From Escherichia phage F13: a DNA stretch of 64,000 nucleotides. Location of the stretch: sequence record OP745617, one strand, 5' to 3'. The notes beneath the pieces were generated by a model. It made no database searches, was not told the DNA's origin, and worked only from the letters and a program-made list of their open reading frames with translations. The translations under genes were made by a program, and so were the position numbers. The first letter of the stretch is position 1; the number at the start of each line of letters is the position of its first letter. Of this stretch, positions 34,817 to 44,593 are shown in pieces.

Positions 34817-37555
34817 ATGCAAAAGTTTGACACAAACCTGTTGCAAAACCTTAAGTGGATGCAGAACAATGCGCCAAACATTACATCTTTGGTGCAAAAG
34901 AAAAGTGACTGGTATGAAAGATACCAAGATCAGTTTTGGACTGACTGGTACAATAACATTTTTAACATTGACACTTGTGATGCAATGGGCATTTATATTT
35001 GGTGCGACATTCTTTGCATACCAAGAGACTTTGTGGACTTAAGCAATTATGAGCACAACTGGGCGTTTGGACCGACGCGCGACAACTTTGAAGGTGCGGA
35101 CAACATCGGCGGCAACTTCTTTGGTGCTGGCGGGAAGGTTGTAAAGAATATCGAAGAAGCGCGCATACTTCTTAAGCTTCGTTATCTGACGCTTACAAGT
35201 GATGGCCGCATCGAAAGTATCAATCGCATGCTTAAGTGGATTTTCAACCGTGGAGAGGCTTGGGATTACTCTTCATCACGCTACGCATATGTGACCGACA
35301 ATACTCAAGGCGCAGTGTCTTCGTCTGAATCAACCAATGGCTCATTCCTTCTGTACGACTGGCAAGGGTCAACTGAGATTCAGCACGATTATAAGCAGAT
35401 ACTTTTAAGCCATGGCAACAACGCCGGACTGACCATCAGCGGAGTATCAGGCACCGTGTCACGGATGGCGCATCCAGATTGGTACTCATGGGGGAATGGC
35501 TCCGGCACAGGTCTTGTCGGCGGCGACACCAGACAGTATGGCGGCCCTGATTACTATGGACAGTTGTGTGGTGATTACCCAGGCGAGGCCATAGAGAATT
35601 TTGCCAACGCAGTAAGGGTAGTCAAGACTGCTTCAAGCGGTGAGCCTGTGTATTCTTTGGCAGATAATCCAAGCGCCCAATCCATTGCGCTTCCTTCGCA
35701 GGCTGGCGTTAACGTTTGTTATAGCTTCTACATAAAGGTGCTTTCTGAAAATGTCGCTTCTGTTTCGGTTACAGAGAATAGTGATGCATCTAGTAATGGA
35801 AAGTTGTTTGACCCAGTCACTGGGCAGTTCAACTTGGACCCGTATTTGAGCTATTTCATCACAGGCAAATTCGATGGAGTAAGAAGGGAATCAAGCCGTG
35901 GTGGCATCAAAGCAATCGGCGGCGATTGGTATCGAATCTGGATTGTAGAGCAGACGGCAACCGCTGCGTCTGGAGTAAGTACCAGCTTTTCAATAGAGTT
36001 GAAGGCGACTGCCGCTGGATCAACTCAAACTCGTGAATTGCCTGAAGGGTCTGATGCACTTCTTTTTGGATACTCGATTTGCGTCTGCGACCCTGTTCAG
36101 AATCCAAATGGACCTGAGCCTTATTTTTATGGAACGCAAAACCCTCCTTCTGACGGAACAGCAATACTGTCTGTAACGGCGGGAACGCTCAACAACATCT
36201 CCTGTGCAAACGGACCGCTGACGACAAGAAACGGTGTGGTTGGCGAGTCATTCATGCAACCTGGCTCATCACTTGCATACTCTGGCTCAATCGGCGGCTA
36301 CCCGTACCCAGGGAACGCCACATTGATTGCAGAGACTGACGGCATCAGACGCTCATGGAACGTTAGCAGGCTTGATGGAGTACCGCCGCCGCCGACCGCT
36401 GACTATTACATGGAATACGTCATCGGACCTTATTTCGCCAACAACCTGTCAGACAACTTTAAGACGCTAGTTGGCGACAGGGATGAAGGATTCTTGCCAG
36501 CAAATGCCGGAATACGCTGGCAGCGTTACCAAGAAGTCGCAGACTTATCTGATATTGATTTGACTGTCAGCAACATAACAGACACGCGAGTAGGATTTGA
36601 AACGGAAGGTGTTGCTTGGATTAACACTGACGGTATCATCAGAGTTGGCGGCATTAACGAGTGGCCGCTGAACAACTTCAACGGTGTGATACGCCAGCTT
36701 GAATCTTTGAAAGGTGTAAACCAGGTCATCGACGGCGCGCTTGTCAACGACTATTCAATCTCAAAAGCATCAAGAGATGACTTTGGTCGTGAAATCCCAC
36801 GTGCCGCAATCACTAACTACTGGAGATACACACAGCCCAATGACGGCACATCTTTTGGCAATATCATTGAGGATGGCGCAAACACGGTCACAGCGACGCC
36901 AATCAGCGGTGTACCCAACCAGTTCCCATCATTCAAGCTTTCCGCTACAATAGGGACTGTGCCAGCGTCCGGTTATGCACGCGCTGTACTTGCTACTAAA
37001 TACACTGGCACCCTGACTGGTCCTTTATCATTCATTGCGGTAGTCAAAAACAACACGGTTAACGGTCAAAAACTTTTTGTAACTGTACCGGATGGGATGG
37101 GTGGCTATATCCCTAAATTCTACAACATAGGCGCAGGTGATTTGCAACGTATCGAAATTGACCTTGCCGCTGAGATTGTTGAAGGCGCTACCTGGGATGG
37201 ATCAACAGGCGGCATCAGCATCGGTTTGATATCAGGGAAAGACTTGCCGACCGAAGTTGGTACGACTCTTGAACTTGATATTTTAAGCTTGATGCTTGTG
37301 TCTGGTAATACGATGAATGCGCTTGCAATTTCAACAAGCGAAGATTTCGCAAAGAAGACTGCGACTTCTATATACATCAAAAACCCAGGATCACTTGCCA
37401 CTGGAGTTCAATTGATTGCTTCTAATGGTGATGTTGTAGCAACAGTAAACTTTCCGAGAAGTGCTGCTGGTGGTTATGTTTCAAGCATGAACATAACTGA
37501 CTTAACTGGTGATTGGGCATCAACCCTTTTATCAAAAATTAAATACATCGTGTAG
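34817..37555 (+). CDS. large baseplate-associated/tail fibre protein (912 aa)
   Basis: Size, Gly/Ser/Thr-rich composition and position upstream of the distal tail fibre. Confidence 0.5.
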   Translation: MQKFDTNLLQNLKWMQNNAPNITSLVQKKSDWYERYQDQFWTDWYNNIFNIDTCDAMGIYIWCDILCIPRDFVDLSNYEHNWAFGPTRDNFEGADNIGGNFFGAGGKVVKNIEEARILLKLRYLTLTSDGRIESINRMLKWIFNRGEAWDYSSSRYAYVTDNTQGAVSSSESTNGSFLLYDWQGSTEIQHDYKQILLSHGNNAGLTISGVSGTVSRMAHPDWYSWGNGSGTGLVGGDTRQYGGPDYYGQLCGDYPGEAIENFANAVRVVKTASSGEPVYSLADNPSAQSIALPSQAGVNVCYSFYIKVLSENVASVSVTENSDASSNGKLFDPVTGQFNLDPYLSYFITGKFDGVRRESSRGGIKAIGGDWYRIWIVEQTATAASGVSTSFSIELKATAAGSTQTRELPEGSDALLFGYSICVCDPVQNPNGPEPYFYGTQNPPSDGTAILSVTAGTLNNISCANGPLTTRNGVVGESFMQPGSSLAYSGSIGGYPYPGNATLIAETDGIRRSWNVSRLDGVPPPPTADYYMEYVIGPYFANNLSDNFKTLVGDRDEGFLPANAGIRWQRYQEVADLSDIDLTVSNITDTRVGFETEGVAWINTDGIIRVGGINEWPLNNFNGVIRQLESLKGVNQVIDGALVNDYSISKASRDDFGREIPRAAITNYWRYTQPNDGTSFGNIIEDGANTVTATPISGVPNQFPSFKLSATIGTVPASGYARAVLATKYTGTLTGPLSFIAVVKNNTVNGQKLFVTVPDGMGGYIPKFYNIGAGDLQRIEIDLAAEIVEGATWDGSTGGISIGLISGKDLPTEVGTTLELDILSLMLVSGNTMNALAISTSEDFAKKTATSIYIKNPGSLATGVQLIASNGDVVATVNFPRSAAGGYVSSMNITDLTGDWASTLLSKIKYIV

Positions 37556-37565
37556 AGGAACGGCA

Positions 37566-39350
37566 ATGCCAACACTTATTAACAGACCTTTCGCGCAAAG
37601 CGGTGATGTATCCGTGGTGCCGGATGCAAGTCCAAGCGGTTATGTGAACTTCCAGCGCGGCTACACCCCTGACTATGCACTTGCGCTGGAAGCCGGAAAC
37701 GTCGCCGCGAAAGCAGTTGAACGTGAGTCGATGAACTGGTTGCTGAATCTGATCACCGACAACCTTATGTTCATCCAGGACCACGGCGCTCAACAGTATT
37801 TCTCGTCTGACTTGAAGCCAGATGGATACCCGAAAAATGCCATCGTTGTCAGCAACTCTGGCACCCCTTCAGCGCCTGAATGGCGCATTTTCCAGAGTGT
37901 GGTAGACGGCAACACCAGCGCAGTCCCAGCTAACGGCGAAACGGAATCTTGGCAGGAATTGACGCTGCCTAGCGAAGCGAGAAAATATATTCCTATGCCT
38001 GCTGGCGGCGATGCGCAAAACCCGTATTTTGTTCGCGGACTGATTTCAAACTTTGTGGACTTTGATAATATCACGACTTCCACAACTATTGTCATTCAAT
38101 CTGATGCCGTTGCCGCTCTCTGCTCTAACATCCCGAACGCGGTTGGTGCGACGAAGGTTGCAGGTCGTCTCCAGGTTTGCGCTTGGCAGGTTGATGCGCA
38201 GACTTTCGCCCTGCAACAATACACGTCAATGAACGGATATGTTTTCACCCGCTCTTATACTTCTGGTGCTTGGAGTGCTTGGATTCAAAATGCAACTGTT
38301 CAAGACGTGCAAATCGGCACGCCGAATCTTGCATCAGGTAAAGGCGCACAAGATATAATCCTTACCGTTCCGGCAGGTTATGCATGGCCGCCGTCAGCAG
38401 GTAGTCGCCTGACAATTGTCAATGATGTAACGACTACCGGACCTGTTACCGTGACCATTGGTGCAAACAAAGTTGCAGTCCTTGGATTCGACGGCGGCGA
38501 GCTGCCAGCAGGGTCCATCGTCGGTCTTCTTCCTTTTACTATTATTTATGACGGCACCGTTTGGCGTCTTCTTCAAGCATTCGGCGCGGCGCAAATCGGT
38601 GTCGATGCTAGTGAGCCGCAACAGTTTGTTACAAAGCGCCAACTCGATGCTTTGGCTGCGAAATTGATAACTATGGGTGATGTATTCGAAGTCGGTGAGA
38701 CTCGATTCTTGACTAATGGCACTAACCCAAATACTAAACTGGGCGCTTATGGACAGGTTTGGACCAGATTGCCTGACAACATGGTCATCAGGACATCTGG
38801 CACAGCAAGAAACGGCCTTGCCACTGGCGGCGCGGACTCTGTTACTCTTACCGCCGCCATGCTTCCTCTGCACAATCACAGCGTGAACATAACTACGCGA
38901 CAGAGCGGTCCATGGTCCAATACCACTGGAGGCGCAGGCAACCATAACCACACAGGCGATACCAGTCAAAACGGCGCTCACGTGCACGGAATGGATGCTG
39001 CTGGTAATCATCATCACGACAGTGGCTGGGGTGAGGCTTATGCAGACCAGGCTAGATACGGGGTGTATGATGGCACGCACAATAACCTTGGAAGTGCAAG
39101 GTCTGATTATGACAACTACAAATACAACACCTCGACTAACGGTAGCCACGTCCACAATATTCAATCTTCTGGGTCACACACCCATGGGTTGAATATAAAT
39201 TTCGCTGGCAATCACAGCCATAGCTATACCCTTCCCGCTCACACTCACGATGTGGTCGGTAACACTGGCAATGCAGGGCAGTCCGTCCCAACGGCTGTTT
39301 CAACTCTGCCGCGATATGTCGTCTTGAACGGCTGGTACAGAAGCGCATAA
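37566..39350 (+). CDS. tail fibre protein with histidine-rich HxH repeat region
   Basis: GAGGAA RBS, ATG 37566; C-terminal HNHSVN…NHNHTGD…AHVHGMDAAGNHHHD…SHVHNIQSSGSHTHGLNINFAGNHSHSYTLPAHTHDV. Confidence 0.65.
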   Translation: MPTLINRPFAQSGDVSVVPDASPSGYVNFQRGYTPDYALALEAGNVAAKAVERESMNWLLNLITDNLMFIQDHGAQQYFSSDLKPDGYPKNAIVVSNSGTPSAPEWRIFQSVVDGNTSAVPANGETESWQELTLPSEARKYIPMPAGGDAQNPYFVRGLISNFVDFDNITTSTTIVIQSDAVAALCSNIPNAVGATKVAGRLQVCAWQVDAQTFALQQYTSMNGYVFTRSYTSGAWSAWIQNATVQDVQIGTPNLASGKGAQDIILTVPAGYAWPPSAGSRLTIVNDVTTTGPVTVTIGANKVAVLGFDGGELPAGSIVGLLPFTIIYDGTVWRLLQAFGAAQIGVDASEPQQFVTKRQLDALAAKLITMGDVFEVGETRFLTNGTNPNTKLGAYGQVWTRLPDNMVIRTSGTARNGLATGGADSVTLTAAMLPLHNHSVNITTRQSGPWSNTTGGAGNHNHTGDTSQNGAHVHGMDAAGNHHHDSGWGEAYADQARYGVYDGTHNNLGSARSDYDNYKYNTSTNGSHVHNIQSSGSHTHGLNINFAGNHSHSYTLPAHTHDVVGNTGNAGQSVPTAVSTLPRYVVLNGWYRSA

Positions 39351-39358
39351 GGTGATTT

Positions 39359-40003
39359 ATGATTAATGCAAACGTAATATCTAAAGGGACCGGATGCAGC
39401 ATGGATGTTGCTGAAAAATGGGTCGACCCCTTCAAGCAGGCTTGTGAGCACTACGGAATCAAAAGCAAGAATGCCATCGCGGCGTTGCTTGCAAACGTAG
39501 GAGTAGAAACAGGCAGTATGAAGACTTTTGTGGAGAACTTGAATTACTCCGCTCAAGGTCTTGCGAATACATGGCCTAGCCGTTACAGCGCCAGCGGTCG
39601 TTTCGGTGGCGCACCAAACTCCTTGGCATTGTCTATTGCCCGTAAACCAATGGAAATCGCCAATAATACATATGCAAACCGAATGGGCAATGGTTCGGTA
39701 GCATCTGGCGACGGTTGGAAGTACCGTGGCCGTGGTGCCATTCAGCTGACTGGAAAGGCTAACTATGCAGAGTATTCAAAGCAATCAGGGTATGATGCAT
39801 TGAATAACCCTGACATTTTGACTGAGCCGAAACACATCGCTGACAGCGCGGCATGGTTCTTCAAGAACAGCGGTTGCATCCCACTTGCTGATGCTGGCGC
39901 ATTTGATTCGACTGTGAAGCGGATTAACGGGGCCGCGCCGAATACGGCTAACCATGGAGATTTGCGACGGAAGCGTTACAAGGATGCACTAGCAGTTATG
40001 TAA
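39359..40003 (+). CDS. endolysin, glycoside hydrolase family 19 (chitinase-like)
   Basis: AAGGTGA RBS; GVETGSMKTF and YRGRGAIQLTGKANYAEY match GH19 catalytic-region signatures. Confidence 0.8.
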   Translation: MINANVISKGTGCSMDVAEKWVDPFKQACEHYGIKSKNAIAALLANVGVETGSMKTFVENLNYSAQGLANTWPSRYSASGRFGGAPNSLALSIARKPMEIANNTYANRMGNGSVASGDGWKYRGRGAIQLTGKANYAEYSKQSGYDALNNPDILTEPKHIADSAAWFFKNSGCIPLADAGAFDSTVKRINGAAPNTANHGDLRRKRYKDALAVM

Positions 40004-40006
40004 GAA

Positions 40007-40026
40007 AAAGGCCCATATGGGCCTTT
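40007..40026. terminator. Bidirectional intrinsic terminator (AAAGGCCCATATGGGCCTTT followed by GTTTATTTT)
   Basis: Perfect palindromic GC stem with flanking A/T runs between convergent endolysin and minus-strand genes. Confidence 0.7.
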
Positions 40027-40028
40027 GT

Positions 40029-40259
40029 TTATTTTACGGCTTCAACCTGGACGGGCGGCGCGGAACTTGTATCAATGTCTGGCAAGTCGAAGTAATACCC
40101 CGCCATGCCAATCACGCCAACAATCGCGGCCCGTGCCACCTTGTTGCTGATTGACTCCCCAATAAGCTTTACCAACAGGGACAAGATTTGAGACGTCAAA
40201 GCCTTTTTCAGCCTTTTGTTTTCTTCCAAATCTTTCTGCATAACTACCACCCATGTCAA
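40029..40259 (-). CDS. small protein with one hydrophobic helix (76 aa)
   Basis: ATGA coupling to upstream gene; AAIVGVIGMAGYYF hydrophobic segment. Confidence 0.4.
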   Translation of the reverse strand: MTWVVVMQKDLEENKRLKKALTSQILSLLVKLIGESISNKVARAAIVGVIGMAGYYFDLPDIDTSSAPPVQVEAVK

Positions 40260-40798
40260 CGCACTTCCTGTGTCTTAACATTACCTGAAGCATCTCTTAA
40301 GGGCAGTGGATAGTAGGCCATTTGGTAGTCTGATACGCCTTCAACATGATAAAACACGATTACGTCTTTGCTGTTGATGAGCATGTTAACGACATCTGAT
40401 TTATCTTCTGGAGTGAGTATGAGTGCGCCGCCTGTCCTGCTGTCTACTGCAACAGGGTATGTCTTATCGACAAGGCCGCTGTCCAATGTATTATACCTGA
40501 CAACGATTTCAGGGGCATCAACTTTTGCAATTGACATTCCGAACACAAACGACACGACTTGGCGACCGCGATCATTCATTACGCACATCTTTTCCTTATC
40601 AAACCTTTCCTTTATCACATCATATTTGTTCCAACAAAATTCGAACGATTGGCCGTTGTTAAAATATCTCGTTAATACTTTTGCATTGCTGTTTGGCGGC
40701 GTAAACATACTTTCAGCCGCTGCACTTTTGGTGAAGAACAAAACTGTCAGCATAGCCATGATGATGATCAAAACAATCTTTAAGTTTTTCGATTTCAT
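40256..40798 (-). CDS. secreted protein of unknown function (180 aa, signal peptide)
   Basis: AAGGTG RBS; MKSKNLKIVLIIIMAMLTVLFFTKSAAAE signal-peptide-like N-terminus. Confidence 0.5.
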   Translation of the reverse strand: MKSKNLKIVLIIIMAMLTVLFFTKSAAAESMFTPPNSNAKVLTRYFNNGQSFEFCWNKYDVIKERFDKEKMCVMNDRGRQVVSFVFGMSIAKVDAPEIVVRYNTLDSGLVDKTYPVAVDSRTGGALILTPEDKSDVVNMLINSKDVIVFYHVEGVSDYQMAYYPLPLRDASGNVKTQEVR

Positions 40799-40974
40799 TA
40801 TAATTCACCTTTTGATTACGAATATTAATAGTATAGGCCGAAGGTTTTGAAAGTAAATAAGGCGAAAGGTAAATAAAAGAAAAGCCGGAGATTTCCGGCT
40901 TTATGTATACACTGTATATTAAATTCTATAAAACGACGAGATAGATTATCCGCACCAATTATTTATCTAGTGTC

Positions 40975-41952
40975 TTAGAAATACTCCATATCGGTAATAT
41001 CACGGAAGCATTTATACAAAGCAGAGCGCGGCACGTCAACGATGCCAAAGTTAAAGAATTTATACGTAAGGTATTTATCGCGATAGTTTTCGCGATTCTC
41101 CCAAAGCATTTTACGCTCTGCCATAGGCATTGAACCAGCGGAGACGCGGAAAGGAATCATTTCACCTTTCTCATCCACATATTTTGGATTGACGACTACG
41201 AATGAGCCAAGGTATCCTTTCGCAACTAAACCTTCAGCCTCTTTTGAACGCTTGGTGCGACCCAATTCGTCAATGAATGCTTCGTTGTTGTTCTCCATCA
41301 TCTCAACGAAGTCTATGATCAATCCTTCTTCATCGGTCCACGGCTTGTCCTTCCACACATCACGTGACTTCGGCGTCGCGCGGCCATGCTTGTATTTGCC
41401 CGTCCAAGACTTGCCATACAAGCCTTCATATCCAAGCTGGTCCGCTTCGATTTGCATCGCCGCGTACTGTTCCATATTTTCGATGTTTCGATATTCGAGA
41501 GCGCGAAGGAATGGGCGTCGACCATGGTTGATGAGATGTTGATTAACTTCAGCAACTCTAGCTCGATAGTTCGCATAACGCTTTTCAAAAGGCAAATCAG
41601 GGTCGCTGAAGTCATCAAACACCCACCATGTAAAGTTAGTGATTGCATCAGTATTCATGCACGCAGTATAGGCCTGTTGCATGACGTTCTTGTCATTTGG
41701 ATTGCCGTCGATTAGCTCTCCATCAAGTCCGTGAATTAGTTCACCCAAAAAGAGGAATTCTTTTTTGATTTGAACGTTTCTCAGCGCCATGCCGGACGTG
41801 CCCATTGGCAAGTTGTCATACGCCATTGCGCGTATTCCATCGACCTTGAATGACAATCCGCAAGGCAGCGGCACGTCTTCGCCGCGCTCGATTATTTGCT
41901 TACGCTGGCAACCCTTCATTGGTTTTAATGCTTTGATTTCTCCTGCCATCAC
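40975..41952 (-). CDS. ATP-dependent DNA ligase (T7-like)
   Basis: Motif I KVDGIR at the expected N-terminal position; YEGLYGKSWTGKYKHGRATPKSRDVWKDK resembles T7 ligase EGLIVKDP…YKRGKKSGWWKMK. Confidence 0.7.
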   Translation of the reverse strand: MMAGEIKALKPMKGCQRKQIIERGEDVPLPCGLSFKVDGIRAMAYDNLPMGTSGMALRNVQIKKEFLFLGELIHGLDGELIDGNPNDKNVMQQAYTACMNTDAITNFTWWVFDDFSDPDLPFEKRYANYRARVAEVNQHLINHGRRPFLRALEYRNIENMEQYAAMQIEADQLGYEGLYGKSWTGKYKHGRATPKSRDVWKDKPWTDEEGLIIDFVEMMENNNEAFIDELGRTKRSKEAEGLVAKGYLGSFVVVNPKYVDEKGEMIPFRVSAGSMPMAERKMLWENRENYRDKYLTYKFFNFGIVDVPRSALYKCFRDITDMEYF

Positions 41953-42542
41953 TCAAACTCCTTATTCATCACTTGTTCCAGCGCATAGGCGTAAGCCTGA
42001 TCAGTAGATTTGATGAACGTTCCGTTGTACATGACACCTTTGCGGTCCTTGATGTCTTCGTAGGCCGCTTGCGCACAGTCGGATAAGCGAAGGCCATAAT
42101 CATGAGCTACGCCGGAAAGGTAATCGACTGCGGCCATGATGGTGACGTCAATATCCATGGTCTGATTCTTAGCAATAGCATCACCAAGCCGTCCAAGGGT
42201 CTTTGCCAGGCGAAGGATGAATGAATGAGGGTGAGCGCCTTTATCAGCACAACCGCCGCCATTAATGTTTTCGATTTCAGTACCGTTTTGCGCCGCCAGG
42301 ATGGTCAACACAACAAGACAATCGCCAATGTCGTCCTTGATTGCAGCTTGCAAGTCACAGATGGCCTGCTCTGTATATCCAATTTCAGGGTCGAAGAACA
42401 CAAGGTCATGGAGTTGATCAACGTGGTCGGTTAACTCCCCAAACTCGCTGATAAGCTTCGGGTATTGGTCCTTAAGGTCGCAACCTTGGATGATGTTACG
42501 GTCAGAAGCCCACTGGCGAATGTTTGCATAAATCTGTTTCAT
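41949..42542 (-). CDS. all-alpha nucleotide pyrophosphohydrolase (MazG/dimeric dUTPase-like), tentative
   Basis: ISEFGELTDHVDQ and AIKDDIGDCLVVLTILA resemble MazG-type segments; weak, memory-based. Confidence 0.35.
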   Translation of the reverse strand: MKQIYANIRQWASDRNIIQGCDLKDQYPKLISEFGELTDHVDQLHDLVFFDPEIGYTEQAICDLQAAIKDDIGDCLVVLTILAAQNGTEIENINGGGCADKGAHPHSFILRLAKTLGRLGDAIAKNQTMDIDVTIMAAVDYLSGVAHDYGLRLSDCAQAAYEDIKDRKGVMYNGTFIKSTDQAYAYALEQVMNKEFE

Positions 42543-43058
42543 TTATTTTTCCTTTGATGCATTGAATTGATCGATTTTTATTTTAGCCTGATTATAAGTA
42601 TCAATCAAGCTATTAACTTTCTCTTTTAATCGATTTGTTTCTGCGGCGAACTGAACAAGAAATCTGACATCCTCTTCTGATAGTCCACAGTTTCCTTCTG
42701 GGATAGAGAGGCGTCCAGTGGTCGCAGAGTCGGGCACACTCCTGAGTAACTCACGGGAGCAGCTGAGTTGCTCGCGCAACTTGACATTCCCAGACTTGTA
42801 ACGAGCAATAGTGTCATCAGCAACCAGTTGCGCTTCCTGGCGACCCTTCTCATATGCCGATGCCGATTCAACCTGTAAAGTTGCAATTTGCTCTTCGAGT
42901 GCATTTATCTTGTCCTTACGCTCATTAAGCGATGTCAGATATTGATTATCCTTGGCCAGTGATGCGTTGGTTTGCTGCAGGTCTTCAACGTATGATCCAG
43001 CGGCAAACGCGCCAACAAGGGCCAGAATCTTCAGGAGCGGTACAATTCTTTCTATCAT
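42543..43058 (-). CDS. i-spanin (Rz-like)
   Basis: N-terminal TM helix (LLKILALVGAFAAGSYV) then coiled-coil; C-terminal half resembles lambda Rz (…GNVKLREQLSCSRELLRSV…RLSIPEGNCGLSEEDVRFL…). Confidence 0.55.
   Translation of the reverse strand: MIERIVPLLKILALVGAFAAGSYVEDLQQTNASLAKDNQYLTSLNERKDKINALEEQIATLQVESASAYEKGRQEAQLVADDTIARYKSGNVKLREQLSCSRELLRSVPDSATTGRLSIPEGNCGLSEEDVRFLVQFAAETNRLKEKVNSLIDTYNQAKIKIDQFNASKEK
42626..42853 (-). CDS. embedded o-spanin (Rz1-like lipoprotein) in alternate frame of the i-spanin gene
   Basis: Out-of-frame ORF inside the Rz-like gene: MRRVARKRNWLLMTLLLVTSLGMSSC… (signal peptide, lipobox-like Cys, Pro-rich mature part); start could also be 42817. Confidence 0.4.
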   Translation of the reverse strand: MRRVARKRNWLLMTLLLVTSLGMSSCASNSAAPVSYSGVCPTLRPLDASLSQKETVDYQKRMSDFLFSSPQKQID

Positions 43059-43115
43059 GATGCACCAGATAAATAAAAGGCCGCCAATCGGCAGCCTTGT
43101 TGATTTGATTGTCGA

Positions 43116-43976
43116 TTAAAACTCTTCTGCGTCGGTCGGAGTTTCATTGACAGGGCCAGCGGCACCGCTTGCTTCTTCCTGCTTGCTGCGGTCAATGTTA
43201 ACGTTGCCGCCAACTACGTCGTTGTGGAATGCCTTGGCGACTTCGTACAGACCTTTGTCCTGCACCAGACCTTCCAGCTCAAACTTCAGAACTGACCATG
43301 TATTGCCGTCTTTGGACTGGGATGCAGTGCCCATGCGAACGATGTTCATAAAGGTCGGCGGCGTTTTCAGACCCTGCGGAGTCTGAACTTTCTTCTGCTG
43401 CAGAGCTGTCATCAGCATGCGAGACGGCTTGATCATGGAAGAAGTCAGAGACAGCATTGCGCTACCAAATTCACCAGTTTCTTCGTTCAACAGAATTACG
43501 AAGTGGTTACGTGTATCTGCGTAGTAAGGCGATTTCTTCTCGTGCACCTTGCCGTTTTCGTCCGGCACAAACACTTTACCGTTGATCTCAACAGCGCGCC
43601 CTGCCGCGACTTCTGCATCAACGTGCTCTTTGGTGAATTCACCTTTAAAGCCTTTATCGTCGGACTCGCGACCGCCCCAAAGGATGAAGGTGCGTTTGAA
43701 TGCACAAGGGATGATCTGCACGCCTTTCTTGCCGTCATACAACTCACCAGTGACGGTGTTGTAAAGCATGCCAGCTTTTGCGCCAGGAACGTGTTTCGGA
43801 TCATCTTCGTCGACCATAGGTGACATCTTCTGCAGGACGACGATAAAAGGAATGGCATACGCATCGGCATCGGCACCTTCAAAACCAGCGCCAAAATCGG
43901 TCATGTCGACAAAATCGGCCATAGCGGACATCTGGGTGTTTTTCACTGCAACTTCGGTGGTTTCTTTCTTAGACAT
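43116..43976 (-). CDS. putative ssDNA-binding/recombination protein
   Basis: 286 aa ending in an acidic tail with terminal Phe (…NETPTDAEEF), as in T7 gp2.5 and bacterial SSB; no further motif. Confidence 0.35.
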   Translation of the reverse strand: MSKKETTEVAVKNTQMSAMADFVDMTDFGAGFEGADADAYAIPFIVVLQKMSPMVDEDDPKHVPGAKAGMLYNTVTGELYDGKKGVQIIPCAFKRTFILWGGRESDDKGFKGEFTKEHVDAEVAAGRAVEINGKVFVPDENGKVHEKKSPYYADTRNHFVILLNEETGEFGSAMLSLTSSMIKPSRMLMTALQQKKVQTPQGLKTPPTFMNIVRMGTASQSKDGNTWSVLKFELEGLVQDKGLYEVAKAFHNDVVGGNVNIDRSKQEEASGAAGPVNETPTDAEEF

Positions 43977-44035
43977 TTGATATTTTCCTATAGTATCAAG
44001 TTTCGTGGCAACCTGATTTCAAGATAAAGGTTAAA

Positions 44036-44593
44036 TTACTTTTTGCTTTTAGGCAAGGTTATTTTAGCTTCTTTGTATTCAAAAACGCTAATATCTTCAC
44101 TAACTGGATTGCCTGCTTCCAGCTGTTCTTTTACAAATGACTTCAGTGTAGCAGAATGAACGCCTTGTTTCAATGTGGCTTCAACGCCATCTTCACGCAG
44201 CGCGGCAACAATCTCTTGCGCCTGTTCGATTTCTTCGCGACCGAACTCAGCCGTGACGCTGGACTTGATCAAGCCGCCGTAACCGTTGTTGACAAGCCAA
44301 TCGAAAACTTTTAATTCGTTTTCTTTCTTGATTGAAGCATTCACCTTGGACTCGACCTTGATTTTGGTCTTGTCCTCAAGCTTGATTTCAGACACACCAA
44401 GCTCATCCATTACGCCAGGAAGCAAAACAGTTTTGATTTCACTGATGCGCTGCTTTTGCATATCAGCTTCATCTTCAAGCTCTGTCAAAGCTTCTTGACG
44501 TTCTGCAAGTTCAGATACTAAGCGCGCAAGGCGCTCTTGAATGCTCTCAGGAGCGACCTGCGGCAAATCATCTTCCCAATTAATATTGCTCAT
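44036..44593 (-). CDS. hypothetical replication/recombination-associated protein (185 aa, coiled-coil N-terminus)
   Basis: ORF in the replication module. Confidence 0.4.
   Translation of the reverse strand: MSNINWEDDLPQVAPESIQERLARLVSELAERQEALTELEDEADMQKQRISEIKTVLLPGVMDELGVSEIKLEDKTKIKVESKVNASIKKENELKVFDWLVNNGYGGLIKSSVTAEFGREEIEQAQEIVAALREDGVEATLKQGVHSATLKSFVKEQLEAGNPVSEDISVFEYKEAKITLPKSKK

Noticed and set aside
40029-40259. Annotating the 76-aa ORF downstream of the endolysin as the holin
   Set aside because: Only one weak hydrophobic segment, and it is convergent to (not co-transcribed with) the endolysin; listed as a candidate only
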